A DNA stretch of 64,000 nt from Parvularia atlantis (Eukaryota), in NCBI GenBank assembly GCA_943704415.1, contig CALSCO010000787.1:1-64000 (forward strand). Direction: 5' to 3'. The stretch's first letter is position 1; each line of letters opens with the position of its first letter. The position numbers and the translations under genes were made by a program. Positions 12,472 to 24,863 of this stretch are shown piece after piece. The notes under the pieces are model-generated. The model was not told the origin of the DNA and made no database searches. It saw only the letters and a program-made list of their open reading frames with translations.

Positions 12472-14259
12472 ATGGGCGCACGCGACGCAGCGGTTGCCAA
12501 GGCGCTGCAGCGCATCGCGGCGCACCAGCCGGTGACGCGCGCCTTTGTGGCCGTGCGCGACGCGGGTGAGGCACGCGCCGACGCCGCCACCGCCACCGGG
12601 CGCCTCGCGGGCCTGCCGGTGGCCGTCAAGGACAACGTGTGCACGCGCGCGATGCCCACGACGGCGGCCTCGCGGATGCTCGCCGGTGCGCTGCCTGCTG
12701 ATCGCCGTCCGCGTCGGCTGAGGGCCCGCCGCGCAAAGACTTCGCGCCCGCGTACGACGCGACCGTGTGCGCGCGCCTGTGGGCTGCGGGCGCTGTGCTC
12801 GTGGGCAAGACGAGCCTGGACGAGTTTGGTGCGGCGCGGGCCCGACGGATGCACGAGGCTGATGCGGTGCAAAGGGATGGGCTCCGAGGGGCGGCACGCG
12901 GCCGCGGGGCCCGTCACGCAGGACGGCGTGCACGTGGCCGGCGGGAGCAGCAGCGGCAGCGCCGTCGCCGTCGCGCTGCAGATGGCCTGGGCGTACGCGC
13001 GCGTACGCCGCCGTCTGCCCTTCTCGATCGCTGATACAGATCGGCGCAGCGCCGTCGGGTCCGACACGGGCGGCTCGGTGCGCCTCCCGGCGTCCTACTG
13101 CGGCGTGTACGGGCTCAAGGTGCGTGCGACGTCGCGACGGCAACGACGCGCGCGTGTGTGGGTGTGTGTGACAAAACCGGCGAGCAGCCGACGTACGGCG
13201 TGCTCTCGCGCCACGGGCTGATCGCCTACGCCTCGTCGCTCGACTGCCCCGGGCTGCTGGCGCGCACACCGGCCGACCTCGCCGCCGCCTTTGGTGCGCG
13301 CCTCACCGTGCCGTTCACGCGGCTGATCGCTCGCGCAAAGGCGCCGTCGACGGGCACGACCCGCGCGATCCGACGTCACTCACGCCGGCCGAGCGCACGC
13401 TGCCGCCGTCCGCTGACGCGCCGCTTGTCGTCGGTGTGCCCGAGGAGTTTGTGACGGCGGACCTGCCCGACGCGACGGGGCGGGCGTGGGAGGCCGCGCT
13501 CCTGCAGCTCGAGGCGATCGTGCGTTTGCAGGCGCGCGCTGATCATCGCGGACGCTGAAGGGGTGCCGCGGGCAGGGCGCGACGCTCAGGACCGTGCGCA
13601 TGCCCAGCCTCAAGCTGGCCCTGCCCGCGTACTACGTGATCGCGTCGGCCGAGGCGGCGTCCAACCTCGCGCGCTACGATGGCGTGCGCTTCGGTGCGAT
13701 GGTGCTTGACGTGACGGCATGCAGCTCACTAGGTCGCACAGGGCACCGCAGTGCGTGCGACGATGGCGCCGAGCCGACGTGGGCCGTGCACACGCGCGAC
13801 GAGGGCTTTGGCGACGAGGTCAAGCGGCGGCTGATCGCGGGCACGTTTGTGCTCTCGGCCGAGTGCGTCCGCCCGCTGGCGTGCGCCTCGCTCACCGCTG
13901 CTGCGCACTGCAGGCACTACGACAGCTACTACGTGCAGGCGCAGCGCGTGCGGCGGCTCGTGCGCGACGAGATGCTGGCGGTGTTCACCGGGCCCGACGC
14001 CGCGACGCTGCTGTGCACGCCGACGGCACCCACGGCCGCGCCGACGCTCGAGGACGCCGAGCGCGCCAGCAGCACCACCGCCACGGCCGCATTCCTTCAG
14101 GACCTGTTCACAGTGCCTGCGAGCCTCGCCGGCCTGCCCGCGCTCTCCGTGCCCGCGGCGTCGCTCGGCGGCAGGCCACTGGGCATGCAGCTCATCGGCG
14201 CGCAGTGTAGCGAGCGCGTACTGCTCGCGCTGGCGTTGAGGTGGCGTGCAGGGCGGTGA
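12472..14259 (+). CDS. QRSL1: Glutamyl-tRNA(Gln) amidotransferase subunit A (amidase signature)
   Basis: LAGLPVAVKDN, GKTSLDEFGMGS, GGSSSGSA, GSDTGGSVRLPASYCG, KPTYGVLSRHGLIAYASSLDCPG, AEAASNLARYDGVRFG, EGFGDEVKRR, DLFTVPASLAGLPA. Confidence 0.92.
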
Positions 14260-14372
14260 ACAAACGATCGCGACCGTCATCTGTGGCCGCCGTGCATCGT
14301 CGCTGCCACGCCAGGCTCCGCCGTGTGCTGCCGCGCCTCGCCGTGCTGCATACAACTGTTTCTTGCCATTCG

Positions 14373-17300
14373 ATGGACAACGTGACGGATGCCGCGGCAG
14401 AGCGGGCCGCGCTCGTGGCGCGCCGTGTGCAGGACGCGGCGGGGGCGGCGCAGCCGCTGGTGCGTCGTGCCGTGCGGCGTTTGCTGCGTGCGGCGTGACC
14501 CGTCGCGCACGGCGCAGGCCGGCCACGCGCGCCTCGTGCCGCTGCTCACGCTGGCCGAGTGGGTGAAGTGGGTGCAGCCCGTGGCCGACAAGCGCCTCCT
14601 GCGCTCGCCAGAGGTGCTGCTCGGCGGTGCGCCCGCCCACCCCCGCGGTGGCCGCGGCACGGCGCTGACGGAGGGGGGGCCGTGCGGCGACGGCAGTGCT
14701 CGCGCAGCTGCTCGCCCGCGTCACGTTCGACGCCAGCACGCTCGTGCCCGCCTACGCAGAGCCCTTCGCGAGTGCGCCTCGTGCGGCCCACTGCGACGTG
14801 ATTCGGGCTCAGTGACGTGGCACGGCACGCGCACGGCAGGCAACCTCAGGGCAAACAACGCCGAGCAGCGCGCGCTCGCGCTTGCCGCCGTCAAGGCCCT
14901 CGCCGCGCACGTGCACGACGCCGGCGCCGCCTCGACGCTCGCCGGCCGCATCACGGCGCTGCTGGCCTGTGACGTCGCTGCGAGTCGGTGCTTCGATGCC
15001 GTTCACTGACGGACACGCGCGCAGCCGCGCTGCCCAGCATCGATCATCGCCTCGTCGCCACTGCGGCATTGCGCGCCCTGTGCGCCTGTCCGCTGCCCGC
15101 CGAGCAGCAGCCGGCCTTTGCGCAGGGCGTGATCGACGCGAGCCTGCCGATCCTGCAGAAAGAAGGCTTGTGCGCGTACGGCTTATGTGCGGCTCACTCA
15201 TGCGCGTCATTACAGCCAATGAGACGGCATACGCGGCGCTGGCCGGCGCCATTGGGCAGTTTGCCGGCCAGCTGCGGCAGCCACATGCGCCGCTAACGGC
15301 CTTCATCGATGCCGGGCTCAAGTCGGACAAGGTGCACGCGAGGAGATTGCTCGCGCTGCTGATCGCGCTCGAACTGCCCGGTGCGTTCTCGCTGCGACGC
15401 GCTGCCAGCTGCTCACCCTGCGCATCGCACGCAGCCGCCGTCCTCGCACAGAGCGAGGTGTTTATGGAGCCGCTGGTTAAGGCGGCCGAGAAGGCCGCGC
15501 AATCGGCCGTGCTCAGTGCGCCGGAGGGCCTCGCCGAGCTGCTCGCCCTGCTGCGCCTGCGCGGGACAAACGCGCGAGCCGAGCAAGACCTCGCCAAGAA
15601 GGGCTTCTGGGACACGCAGCTCGGGCCCGCGTCGTTCGTGTACCAGGACAAGGTGCGTGCCGTCAGGTTGCCGCCCTCTTGTGCTCACGAGGAGCGCGCA
15701 GGTTTACATGAAGCTCAGCGCCGACGACGCTGTCGTGCTCGCGCGCGTGCTTCAAGCCGTGTTGCGCGAACTGGCCGGCTCGGCGGTCGTTGCAAAGTCG
15801 CTCAAGCAGCTGATGACGACACTGGTCTTTTCGGCATGCCTCGGCCCGTGGCAGGGTCGCAGGCTCGTTCGCTCGTTCACACCCGAGCTGCTCGCCGCCC
15901 ATCTCGAGTACGCCGCACCGCTCGCCCAGGCGCTGCACGACGTCGTGCGCCGCCGTCTCGGTGCGCCTGTTCCTCGCTGACGTAGTGCACAGATGGCGCA
16001 GATGCAGGCGCAGCCGGCCAAGTACGAGACCGTGGCCGACAAGCGCGACTATGCCACATTCCTCTCGTCGGTGCTGCACGGCAACAAGGACATTGACGCC
16101 GCGCAGCTCGAGGCGCGCCTTCTGGCCTCGTTTGTCCCGGCACACCACGCGCTCGTCGGTGCGCTGTCGGCACCCACACATCCAGTCACGTCTGACATGC
16201 CTCGCTCAGGACGACCGGTTTGGGCGCCCGCAATCAAGTCGCTGCCAAGCGGGAAGGACTTTGTAGCGCAACACCTGGCGCAGCTCTGTGCGTCCTACTG
16301 CCGTCACAGAGTCGCTCGACTGACCCGCGCGCTCGCACAGTGGCGCAAATCACGTCGACGGACCCGGCCCAGCTGGCCGCGCTGCGCACCGCCGCCAAGC
16401 TCGCGCCGACCGAGGTCGTCCGCGGCGCCGTCAAGGTCCGCGCCTCGTTGTGGCTGTTGTCTTGAAGACTGACCGTCCGCATGCAGCTCGCGCTCGACGC
16501 GCTCGCGGCTGTCAAGGACGAGGCCGTGAGCGACACCGACCTCGGCATCTATCGCACCGAGGAGGGCCAGCTGTTTGTGGACGGTGCGCTCGGGCCGTCT
16601 TGCCCACGCGACCTCACCACTCACGTCGCGCAGTGCTGGCCAAGAGGGAGGCGGCCGCGTCGTTGTCGGTGGCGCCGCGCGGTGGCCGGCGCGACCACGC
16701 GTACTCGTTCGAGGACGAGCTGTGGGAGCAGCAAGTGCGCAAGGAGCTCGCCGCCAAGCGCGCCCAGGACGCGAAGCGCAAGCTGACCAAGGAGGAGGAG
16801 GCGCTCGTCAAGGCGCAGCACGAGAAAGAGGCGGCCGTGCGCGCGCGTGTCGCAGGCATCCGCGCCCGCCAGGTGTTTGCGCTGAGCCTGGTCGACGCGT
16901 TGGCCGAGGCCGTGCACGAGGCGATGGAGGGTGCGCTACTTTTGCGTACCCTGCGCCGCGATCGCTCACATGTGCGCACGTGCACGCAGACGCTGTGCCG
17001 CAGATTGTGCAGCAGATCGTTTTCCCGCTGCTCGCGTCGCCGCTCGCGCATCGCGAGGCCGGCCAGACGTTCATGGTGCGCGCTCGCCACTCGGGTCGTG
17101 CCCCTCTTACGCCACACCGCAGACGCTGAGCACGTGCGTCGCGCCGACCATCCGAGGCGTCGCGCGCTACATCTCGGTCATCTGGATGCGCCTCAAGAAC
17201 AGCTCAGGCCTGCCGGCCGAGTGGCGCTCGGCGTCCGTCAAGGGTGAGTTCGCGCGGCCGCAATGTACCCGCAGCCTGACAGCGGTGGCGCGCATAGACG

Positions 17301-20300
17301 TCGCGGCAGCGACGCTCATGCCCATCTACCGTGCGGTGGACCAGCACGGGTCGCTGTCGGCCGCGGCGTTCTTCTTCGTGTTTCTCATCGTCGAGCCGCT
17401 GCTCACGGACCAGGTGCATCCAGCAGCTGTTGGAGATGGTCCACACTCACTCGCTGCGCTTCGCAGAAGCATGTGACACCAGAAGAGGCGCAGCAGCTGC
17501 TCGAGCTGACAAACGCGCACGCCAAGCATGGTGCGTCGCTTGCTTGCCTCGCTGTTTTCTCCAGCTCTCATTTGACGCCATGCTGCGCAGGCTACTCGCC
17601 GCTGCTGCCGCGCGCCGCGATGATGCGGCTGTATCTGCGCTTGATCAAGCAGAGCCCCGCGCTGTCCAAGCCGGCGCACACGGGCCTTGTCGCGCTGTGC
17701 ACTGCCGTAGCCGACAGCGTCGGCGAGGACGAGACGCGCCTTCTGCTGCACGCCCTGCTCGACGGCGAGGTCAACGTGCGCCAGGCTGCACTCGACGCGC
17801 TCAAGGTGCGTCACGCTGCCCTTCTCCGCACGTGCCGATGTGCGAGCGCTGCAGCACGTGCCCGCGGCGAGCGGACCGCTGGCTGAGACGTACATCGTGC
17901 GCGTGTGGCTCACGACGCATGACGCGACCGAGACCGTCGCCGCGGCGGCCAAGGCGCTGTGGGAGCCGATCGCCGACCGCCTGCCGCGCACGTATTCCGA
18001 CGACCTGCTCTCGCTACTCGGTGTGTTGCGCACGGTCATGCGGCACCGTAAGCTGACGCGCTGCGCAGTGCACGATGAGGTGACCGTGCGCGACAGTGCC
18101 GGCCGTGCGTTCTCGGCGGCAATAGCGACGCACCCGTCGACGCTACAGGAGTCGCTCTCGCGGCTCTACGGGCTCTACAAGGTGCGCACAAGCGCACATT
18201 TACCCCATCCGCTCACACGTGTGCGCAGGTCAAGGCGGCGCTGCCCGAGGTGCAGTACGACGAGTTTGGGCGGCCGATCAAGCAAGAGTTCAAGGACCCG
18301 GTCCACCTGCGCGTGTCGATCGCCGACGCTGTCAAGGGTGCGGCGCGCGACGGGCGGGTGCGGGCTCGCAGCTGAACCCGCGTACCGCAGAGTGCACCAA
18401 GTTCATGGGCGGCGGCGAGGACCTGCGGCGCTTCATGTCGTTCCTGATCGTCGACGGCTTTGCGGACCGCAGCGAGGCTGTGCGCGTCAAGATGCTCGAG
18501 GTGCGCCTTTGCAAAGGCGGCGACATTGCTCATCAGTGGTACGCGCAGGCGGCCCTTGCGGCGCTCAAGGAGCACGGCAAGGAGAACGTTGACACGGTGC
18601 TGCCGATCGTGGAGACGTACCTCAACCAGCCCGCGCCGCCGTCAGAGGGTACGTGCGCCGTTCATGAGCACCCTCGTCACCAACGGCGCGGCAGTGCACG
18701 ACCGCATCCGCGAGTCGGTCATCCTGCTTGTCGGCGAGCTTGCCGCGTTCCTCGACCCGAAGGATCCCAAGGTCCCGGCGATCCTCGCGCGCCTCGTGGA
18801 CACGCTCAAGACGCCTTCGGAGCAGGTGCAGGTGGCCGTGGCCAACTGCCTGCCGGGCCTCGTCAAGAGCATCGGTGCGCGCCAGCGCTTCTGGTCGCCG
18901 CGCACGCGCTGCCTGACGCCGTGTATAGACGTCGCCGACCTTGTGCAGCAGATGATGAAGCAGGTGCTCGACGGCACCAAGTACGGCGACCGGCGAGGCG
19001 CGGTGCGTGCGCGGCGGCCTTGTGTACGTGGCGAGCGTGTGACCGCTTGGGCAGGCGTACGGGCTCGCGGGGCTCGTCAAGGGCAAGGGCATCTCGGCGC
19101 TGAAGGACTTCAACATCATGACGCAGCTCAAGGACGCGATGGAGGACAAGAAGGTGATGCAGCACCGGCAGGGCGCGCTCTTTGCCTACGGTGCGCTGTG
19201 CGGCGTGGCGTGCGCGTGCGCTGACTGCGGCGGCAGAGACGCTGTCGCTGCTGCTCGGCCGCCTCTTTGAGCCGTACGTGATCCAGATCCTGCCGCTGCT
19301 ACTTGTCGCGTTCGGCGACGGCTCGGTTGAGGTCCGCGAGGCCGTGGCGGACGCGTCGCGCGTGATCATGAGCAAGCTGAGGTGCGCCGCTTGATTGCAC
19401 AGCGTTTGTGTGCCTCATGCCCGCTGCGCAGTGCGCACTGCGTCAAGCTCATCCTGCCGTCACTGCTCGTGGGCCTCTCGGACGAGCAGTGGCGCACGAA
19501 GCAGGGCTCAGCCGAGCTGCTCGGCGCGATGGCGTACCTGGCGCCGAAGCAGCTGGGCTCATCATTGCCGACGATCGTGCCCAAGCTTGCCGACATTCTC
19601 GCCGACTCGCACCCCAAGGTCGTCACGGCGGGCAAGCAGGCGCTGCAGCACGTGTGTTCGCGTGTTCGAGCCCGCACGGCGTCGTCTAACCTGTGCTGCG
19701 CACGTCAAAGATCGGCTCGGTCATCAAGAACCCTGAGATCCAGGCGCTTGTGCCGCTGCTGCTCAGGGCGCTTGTAGAGCCCAACCGGTACACGTCTGAG
19801 TCGCTCACGGCGCTGATGCAGACGGGTGCGGCCCTGTCTGGTAGTGGGTGTGACTGCTCACACGCCCGCCCGCCCAGCCTTCGTGCACGTGGTCGACGCG
19901 CCGTCGCTCGCGCTCATCGCGCCGATCCTGCAGCGCGGCCTCAAGGAGCGCAGCACGGACACGAAGAAGATGGCGGCGCAGATTATGGGCAACATGTGCG
20001 GCCGTGCAGCGTGCAGACGCGCGCATGGCTGACGCGTGCGCAGGTCGTCGCTCGTGGACGAGAAGGACTTTGTGCCGTACCTGCCCGTGCTGATTCCGGG
20101 CGTGCAGACGATCCTGGTCGACCCGATCCCCGAGGTCCGCAAGATCGCCGCGCGCGCACTCGGCACGATGGTCACCAAGGCACGTCTTGCGTGCGTCGTT
20201 TTGCTTGTCCTCATGTACGCGTGCCCCAGATGGGCGAGAAGAGCTTCGAGGGCCTGATCCCGTGGCTGCTGACGATGCTCAAGTCCGAGTCGAGCAGCGT

Positions 20301-23300
20301 CGACCGCTCGGGCGCGGCGCAGGGCCTGAGCGAGGTGCGGACGACCGCGCTGGGTGTGATGCACAACTGACGAACCCGCGCTGCAGGTGTTGCGCGGCCT
20401 CGGTGCCTCGCGCCTCGACGCGCTGCTGCCCGACATCATCACGAACGCGACGAGGTGCGCGCCGCACGCTCGTGCGCCGGGCGCGCTGTGACGTCGCGCT
20501 CGCAGCCCGTCGCCGCACGTACGCGAGGGCTGCCTGTCCGTGCTCATCTACCTGCCGAGCAACTTTGGCGAGGAGTTTACACGCTACCTGGCGCAGGTGT
20601 GTGCGTGCGCGTGTGTTTGCGGCGCAGCTGAGCATCGCCGCAGGTCATCCCGCCCGTGCTTAAGGGCCTCGCGGATGAGGCCGAGCCCGTGCGCGACGTC
20701 GCGCTTCGCGCCGGCCAGGTCATCGTCGCCAACTACTCCCGCTCGGCCGTGGAGCTGCTGCTGCCGTCATTGCAGAAAGGTGCGAGCTCGCGCGCAGCAG
20801 ACTGCTGAACGCGCTGACACGTCGCTCTGCCCAGGCCTGTTTGACGACAACTGGCGCATTCGCTCGTCCTCGGTGCAGCTGCTGGGCGACCTGCTCTACC
20901 GCATCACGGGCGCGACGGGCAAGACGCAGCTCGACGGCGCCGACGAGGAGGAGGGCATCGGCACCGAGGAGGGCCGGCGCGCGGTCCTTGCCGCGCTCGG
21001 CCAGGAGCGCCGCGACCTCGTGCTCGCGTCGCTCTACGTGCTGCGCAACGACATCTCGCTCGTCGTGCGCCAGGTGCGTGCGCCGGCATCGTGCGCGCCG
21101 TGGCTCACCGAAAGGGCACCAGTCGTCACTGCACGTGTGGAAGACGGTCGTGAGCAACACGCCGCGCACGCTGCGCGAAATCCTGCCCGTGATGATGCGC
21201 ATCATCATCGACTGCCTCTCGTCGCCGTCGCACGACAAGTGCGTGTGCTGCGGGTCGTTGCTGTGCTCACTCGTTGCTCAGGCGGACTGTGGGCGCGCGC
21301 TGCCTGGGCGAGCTCGTGCGCAAGCAGGGCGACCGCGTGCTGGTGCGCGTGCAGATGTACTGTGCGTTTGCTGCTGACCGCGCAAAAGCCCGAGGTCATG
21401 CCAACGCTCGAGGAGGGCCTGCTCTCTCCCGTGGCCACGACGCGCCAGGGCGTGTGCATCGGCCTGAACGAGATCATGCTCACGGCTGGCAAGCAGCTGG
21501 TGCGCCGCCGTTGTGCGCGGGTGTGTGGCGGAGGCCGACACTTGCGCACGCTCGCAGGTCGTCCAGTTCATCGACGTGATCGTCCCAGCCGTGCGCCAGG
21601 CGATCAGCGACCCGGACCCGATGGTGCGCGAGCCGGCCGCGGATGGTGCGTCCTGCCTGCCCGCGTGCGTCGGTGTGGCGCTGACCAAGTCGCGCACAGC
21701 CTTCGACACGCTGTTCAAGAACGTCGGCCGCGTCGCGCTCGACGAGATCCTGCCGCACCTGCTGCACAATCTGGCGTCCTCGGACGACGCGGTAGTCTCG
21801 GCTGCGCTCGAGGTGCGCAGCGCACGGCAGCGCAGCGGCGCACGGACTGACGGGTCGCGCAGGGCCTGCAACTGATCACGGCTGTGCGGAGCAACATCGT
21901 CTTCCCGATCTTGATCGAGCAGCTGCTGCACCCGATCACGGCGGCCAACGCGCGCGGTGCGTTGCGCTCACGCTGCTTGCACTCGGTGGCTGACGCTGCT
22001 CGCAGCCCTCGGCATGCTCATCCCGTCGGCCGGCAAGGCACTCACCAAGTACCTCTCGACCATTCTCAGCTCGCTCTTCCAGATGACGTGCGCTGCCGTT
22101 ACGATCGCTGCTCTGCCCAACTGATGTGCGGCGTGCGCAGTGCGCCGTCGTCGTCGGCAAAACAGGCCGTCGACCGCGCGGCCATTGACGCGACAGCCAC
22201 CGTGCTCCTGTCGACCGTGTCGGACGACGACGCTGGGCGCCTGCTTATGAGCGACTTGCTCGAGAAGGCCGCGAGCGACAAGGCGTACGAGCGCAAGACC
22301 GCGTGCGACTTCATCGCAACGTTCTGCGCCAGCTCCAAGTGCGCTCCGCTCGCTGTACCGATGCGGCGACTGACTAGTGCGCGAGCGCAGGATTGACTAC
22401 ACGCCCTACGTCCGTGCCATGTTCCGCCTGCTGTTGTACCGCATGAACGACGTCGAGCAGGACGTGGTCTCGTCGGCCTGGGGCGCGCTCGACGCGCTAA
22501 CGCGGTGAGCCGCGCCTTGCAGATGATGTTGCTGTGCGCTGACACGGTCGTGCGAACAGCACGTTGAAGAAGGAGCACCAGCCCGACTACTTGAATGAGG
22601 TGCGCCGGGCGATGCAGAACGTCGTGGACGATGCGCGCCCCGCGGTGGGCCTCATCAAGGGCTTCTGCATGCCGCGGGTGCGCAGTCGCTACACGTGTCA
22701 TGCCGGCGCCTGACGTGTGTGTTTGTGTGCGTGCAGGGCATCCTCCCGCTGCTGCCGATGATGCTCCAGGGCCTGCTGTACGGCAGCAACGACGTCCGCG
22801 AGCAGGCCGCGCTCGGCATGGGTGCGCACAGCGGCGCGATGATGACGAGCACTCACACCGTGCAGGCGACCTCGTCCGCTTCACGGACCCCGAGTCGCTC
22901 AAGCCGATGGTGGTGCAGATGACCGGTAAGCGCCGTCGACTGTGTGGCACTGGAGCTGACGCCGCTCGCAGGCCCGCTCATCCGCATTGTCGGCGACCGC
23001 TTCAACTGGCAGGTCAAGGCGGCCATCCTCGAGACGCTCGGGTGCGGCGCGTGCGCCTCTGCGCCTGCCCATCGGGACGACTGACGGCGGTGTGTACAGC
23101 CTGCTGCTGGGCCGCGTCGGCATCGCGCTGCGCCCGTTCCTGCCGCAGCTGCAGTCGACCTTTGTCCGCGCGCTGCACGACACGACGCAGGTGCGCCCGG
23201 CCGTGCACCTTGCCGCGCGTAGCACTCATCAGCACGCGCGCACGACAGGACGTTCGCATCCGTGCCGCGAGCGCCCTAGGCAGGCTCATCCCGCTGCAGC

Positions 23301-24400
23301 CGCGCGTGGACCCGCTCATAACCGAGCTGCTCAACGGCATCAAGACGTGCGAGCCCGGCATCCGCGAGACGTTCCTGCGCGCGCTGTACGCGGTTGTGCG
23401 AGCGGGCGCGAGCACCATCGGCGCGCCTGTGCGCGCTGCTTGCCAAGCCGCGCTTGTGTCATACCTGGGCGAGACGGACGGTATGCGTCACACGTTGCCC
23501 GCGCTTTGCCTCACCCTGGCGCTGCGGACAGACGACGTGCGCACGGCCGCCGCGCACTGCCTCGGCGCGCTCAGCAAGGCGATGGGCCCGGCGGACGCGC
23601 GCGCGCTCGTGCGCCAGCTGGCGACGCCGGAAGCGGGCGCGAGCGTCGCGGCGCGGCTGGGCGCGGCTCAGGCGCTGACGACGCTGCTGCAAGAGAGCCC
23701 CGAGGCGCTGTTGGTGACGGACAACGACGCTGAGGCGCGCGCCAAGATCGCCGCGTGGATTATGCAGCAGGTCCAGGACGACAAGATCCCGCTCGTGCAG
23801 ACGGGCCTGCGCTCGCTCGCCTACGCCCTCCTCCCGGCCAGCGTGATGTGGGACGAGCACGGCGCGGCGCTCATCGGCGCGCTCGCGCTTGGCCTGAGTG
23901 ACAAGAAGCCGACGGACGCGCGCCTCATTGCCGCCGCGGCGTTCAAGTCGCTGGCCAAGGCGCAGTTCAAGGTGCGCTGCTGCTTGTGCGTGTGCCTCGC
24001 CGCTGACGGTCGCGCTCGCAGCTGCTCGAGCCGCACCTGGGCCAGCTTGTGCCGCCGCTGCTCTCGGCCGCGCAGGAGAAGAAGATCCTGCGGCTCAAGC
24101 TCGCGGCCGAGCGCGCGCTGCTGTACGGCCTGGGTTTGCGCGGGGGTGAGCAGACGCTGCAGGTGCGCCCCGTGTGAGCGCTGCGCACAACTGCTCACAC
24201 GTGCAACGACGCAGGCATTCCTCGCGTGCGCTGACGCCGACACGGCCAAGGCGCTCGCCGACTACCATCGGCGCGTCCTGTCCAAGCTCGCGCAGCGCTC
24301 GGCCAGCGACGACGGCGCGGCGGGCGCGGGCGACGGCGGCGACGTGTCGGACGACGACCAGGAGATGGGCCGCGGCTTTGACAAGAAGCTTCTCGTCTGA
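14373..24400 (+). CDS. GCN1: eIF2-alpha kinase activator GCN1 (HEAT repeats), dozens of introns
   Basis: [149 protein letters not shown] 24398-24400. Start codon less certain. Confidence 0.95.
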
Positions 24401-24479
24401 GCTGGCGTGAGAAGCCCGTGTTTGCTTGCTTACTGTGCACGAGGCGCCCAGGCATACAGAGGGTGCACCGGGTGCGCGG

Positions 24480-24600
24480 GGGGGATGGGCGAAGATGTTG
24501 GTGCGCTTGGTGATGAGCGAGCCGGTCTGGGCGGCGTCGATCTGGGCCGCCGATGACGAGGACCCGGCCGTCGGGCCAGCGAGGACCACCACCTCGGCTC
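24480..24600 (-). pseudogene. Possible degenerate kelch/galactose-oxidase-type repeat fragment
   Basis: With two compensating frameshifts the minus strand reads VVVLA-PDGRVLVIGG-QIDAAQTGSLITKRTNIFAHP; no start or splice context. Confidence 0.3.
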
Positions 24601-24804
24601 GGTTACTTTCTTTTGTGTCACGCGCGAGGCCGGGTCCGAGTCTGAGCCTGTTTGACGTGGCAATCGTCGCTTGCTCGCGGCGCGCTTGGTGCTGACCGCG
24701 GGCGCGGACCACACCAGCGCGCACGCGCCAACAGCTCACCCGAGGTCAACCGCGCCAGCCACGCCAGGCTGCAGCTCGGCTCGTTTTCCGTGTGAGGCTG
24801 GCCG

Positions 24805-24805
<1 letters not shown>

Positions 24806-24850
<45 letters not shown>
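24806..24850. repeat. (CA)n microsatellite just 3' of the HECT gene stop
   Basis: About 22 CA units visible. Confidence 0.95.
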
Positions 24851-24852
<2 letters not shown>

Positions 24853-24863
24853 AACTGGCTTTG

